DNA from: an uncultured Pelagibacteraceae bacterium
GTDB lineage: Bacteria > Pseudomonadota > Alphaproteobacteria > Pelagibacterales > Pelagibacteraceae
Reading direction: 5' to 3'
Assembly: GCA_902535155.1 (NCBI GenBank)
Contig: CACASB010000001.1
Coordinates: forward strand, 67,358 to 131,357
Length of the DNA: 64,000 nt
The position numbers and the translations under genes were made by a program. The notes under the pieces are model-generated. The model saw only the letters and a program-made list of their open reading frames with translations. It had not been told where the DNA came from and did no database searches. This document shows, piece by piece, positions 63,280 to 64,000 of the stretch. How positions within the stretch are numbered: position 1 is the first letter of the stretch; each line of letters starts with the position of its first letter.

Positions 63280-64000
63280 ATGAGCTCCTCAAACAACCTA
63301 GAAAATAAAAATGCAACTTTTTTAAGTAAATCTAATAGCGGATTTATTGAAGAAATGTATGTAAAATTTATAGAAGGAGATCCAAATTTACCTGAGAGCT
63401 GGAGAAGCTATTTCGAAAGTCTAAATGAGGATTTAGAGATTATTTCTAAAGAAATTCAAGGACCAAATTGGAGTCCTAAGAAAATAAAAATTAATCGAAG
63501 TAATTTCAATTACCAAAATAATTTCTCAGCAAAAAACATAAATGCAGACAAAAAAGTTTCAGATTCTATAAGAGCCATAACATTAATAAGGGCTTACAGA
63601 ACAAGAGGCCATTTAATTGCAAATTTGGACCCCTTAGGTTTAATGAAAAGGGAATATTTGCATGATTTACATCCTAAAGATCATGGCTTTACAGCAGATG
63701 ATCTTAACAGAAAAATTTTTTTAGATAATTATATGGATATAGGGCATGCAACGATTAAAGAAATAACAAATAATTTAAAAAAAATTTACTGCTCAACAAT
63801 TGGTGCAGAGTTTATGCATATTACAGACCCAGCTGAAAAAGTTTGGTTTAGAGAAAGGATGGAAAAAAAAGAAAACCAATTAAATTTTACAAAAAACGGA
63901 AAAATAGCAATTTTGAATAAAATAATTCAAGCAGAGGGATTTGAAAAATTTTTAGCAAAAAAATATATTGGAACTAAAAGATTTGGACTAGACGGTGGTG
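63280..64000 (+). CDS. sucA: 2-oxoglutarate dehydrogenase E1, 5' part (cut by window edge)
   Basis: Not in the ORF track; ATG 63280 gives MSSSNNLE...LIRAYRTRGHLIANLDPLG...YCSTIGAEFMHI...AEGFEKFL..KY.GTKRFGLDG; follows sucD. Confidence 0.96.
   Translation, partial: MSSSNNLENKNATFLSKSNSGFIEEMYVKFIEGDPNLPESWRSYFESLNEDLEIISKEIQGPNWSPKKIKINRSNFNYQNNFSAKNINADKKVSDSIRAITLIRAYRTRGHLIANLDPLGLMKREYLHDLHPKDHGFTADDLNRKIFLDNYMDIGHATIKEITNNLKKIYCSTIGAEFMHITDPAEKVWFRERMEKKENQLNFTKNGKIAILNKIIQAEGFEKFLAKKYIGTKRFGLDGG

Overview
Very AT-rich, densely packed bacterial chromosome segment with few intergenic bases and many overlapping start/stop codons. Gene content and order are typical of a SAR11 / Candidatus Pelagibacter-type marine alphaproteobacterium (inferred, not searched). 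From left to right: partial acs, an EVE protein, two TPR-GT41 glycosyltransferases among tsaD/hemCD/mscS/yggT/folD; a roughly 8 kb UV/light-stress block (atypical SDR, a (6-4)-type photolyase lacking the Fe-S cysteines, a GT2 plus membrane-protein pair, a DCC1-DUF2256-CRTAC1-like-Cys-rich operon, and an inverted-topology photolyase); argG and housekeeping genes; ccmCDEFGH; a 2-hydroxy/2-oxo-acid catabolic and TRAP cluster; ftsY-dapF / ffh (with leader RNA)-rpsP-trmD-rplS (no rimM); leuCDB; the DMSP demethylation genes dmdC-dmdB-hydrolase-dmdA; asd; and sdhCDAB-mmsA-mdh-sucCD-sucA (partial). I found no rRNA, tRNA, CRISPR array, integrase or transposase. The best candidates for new biology are the photolyase-flanked operon with two secreted proteins of unknown role, a long unexplained hairpin between hspQ and ccmC, the hydrolase inside the dmd operon and the very basic N-terminal tail of Acs.
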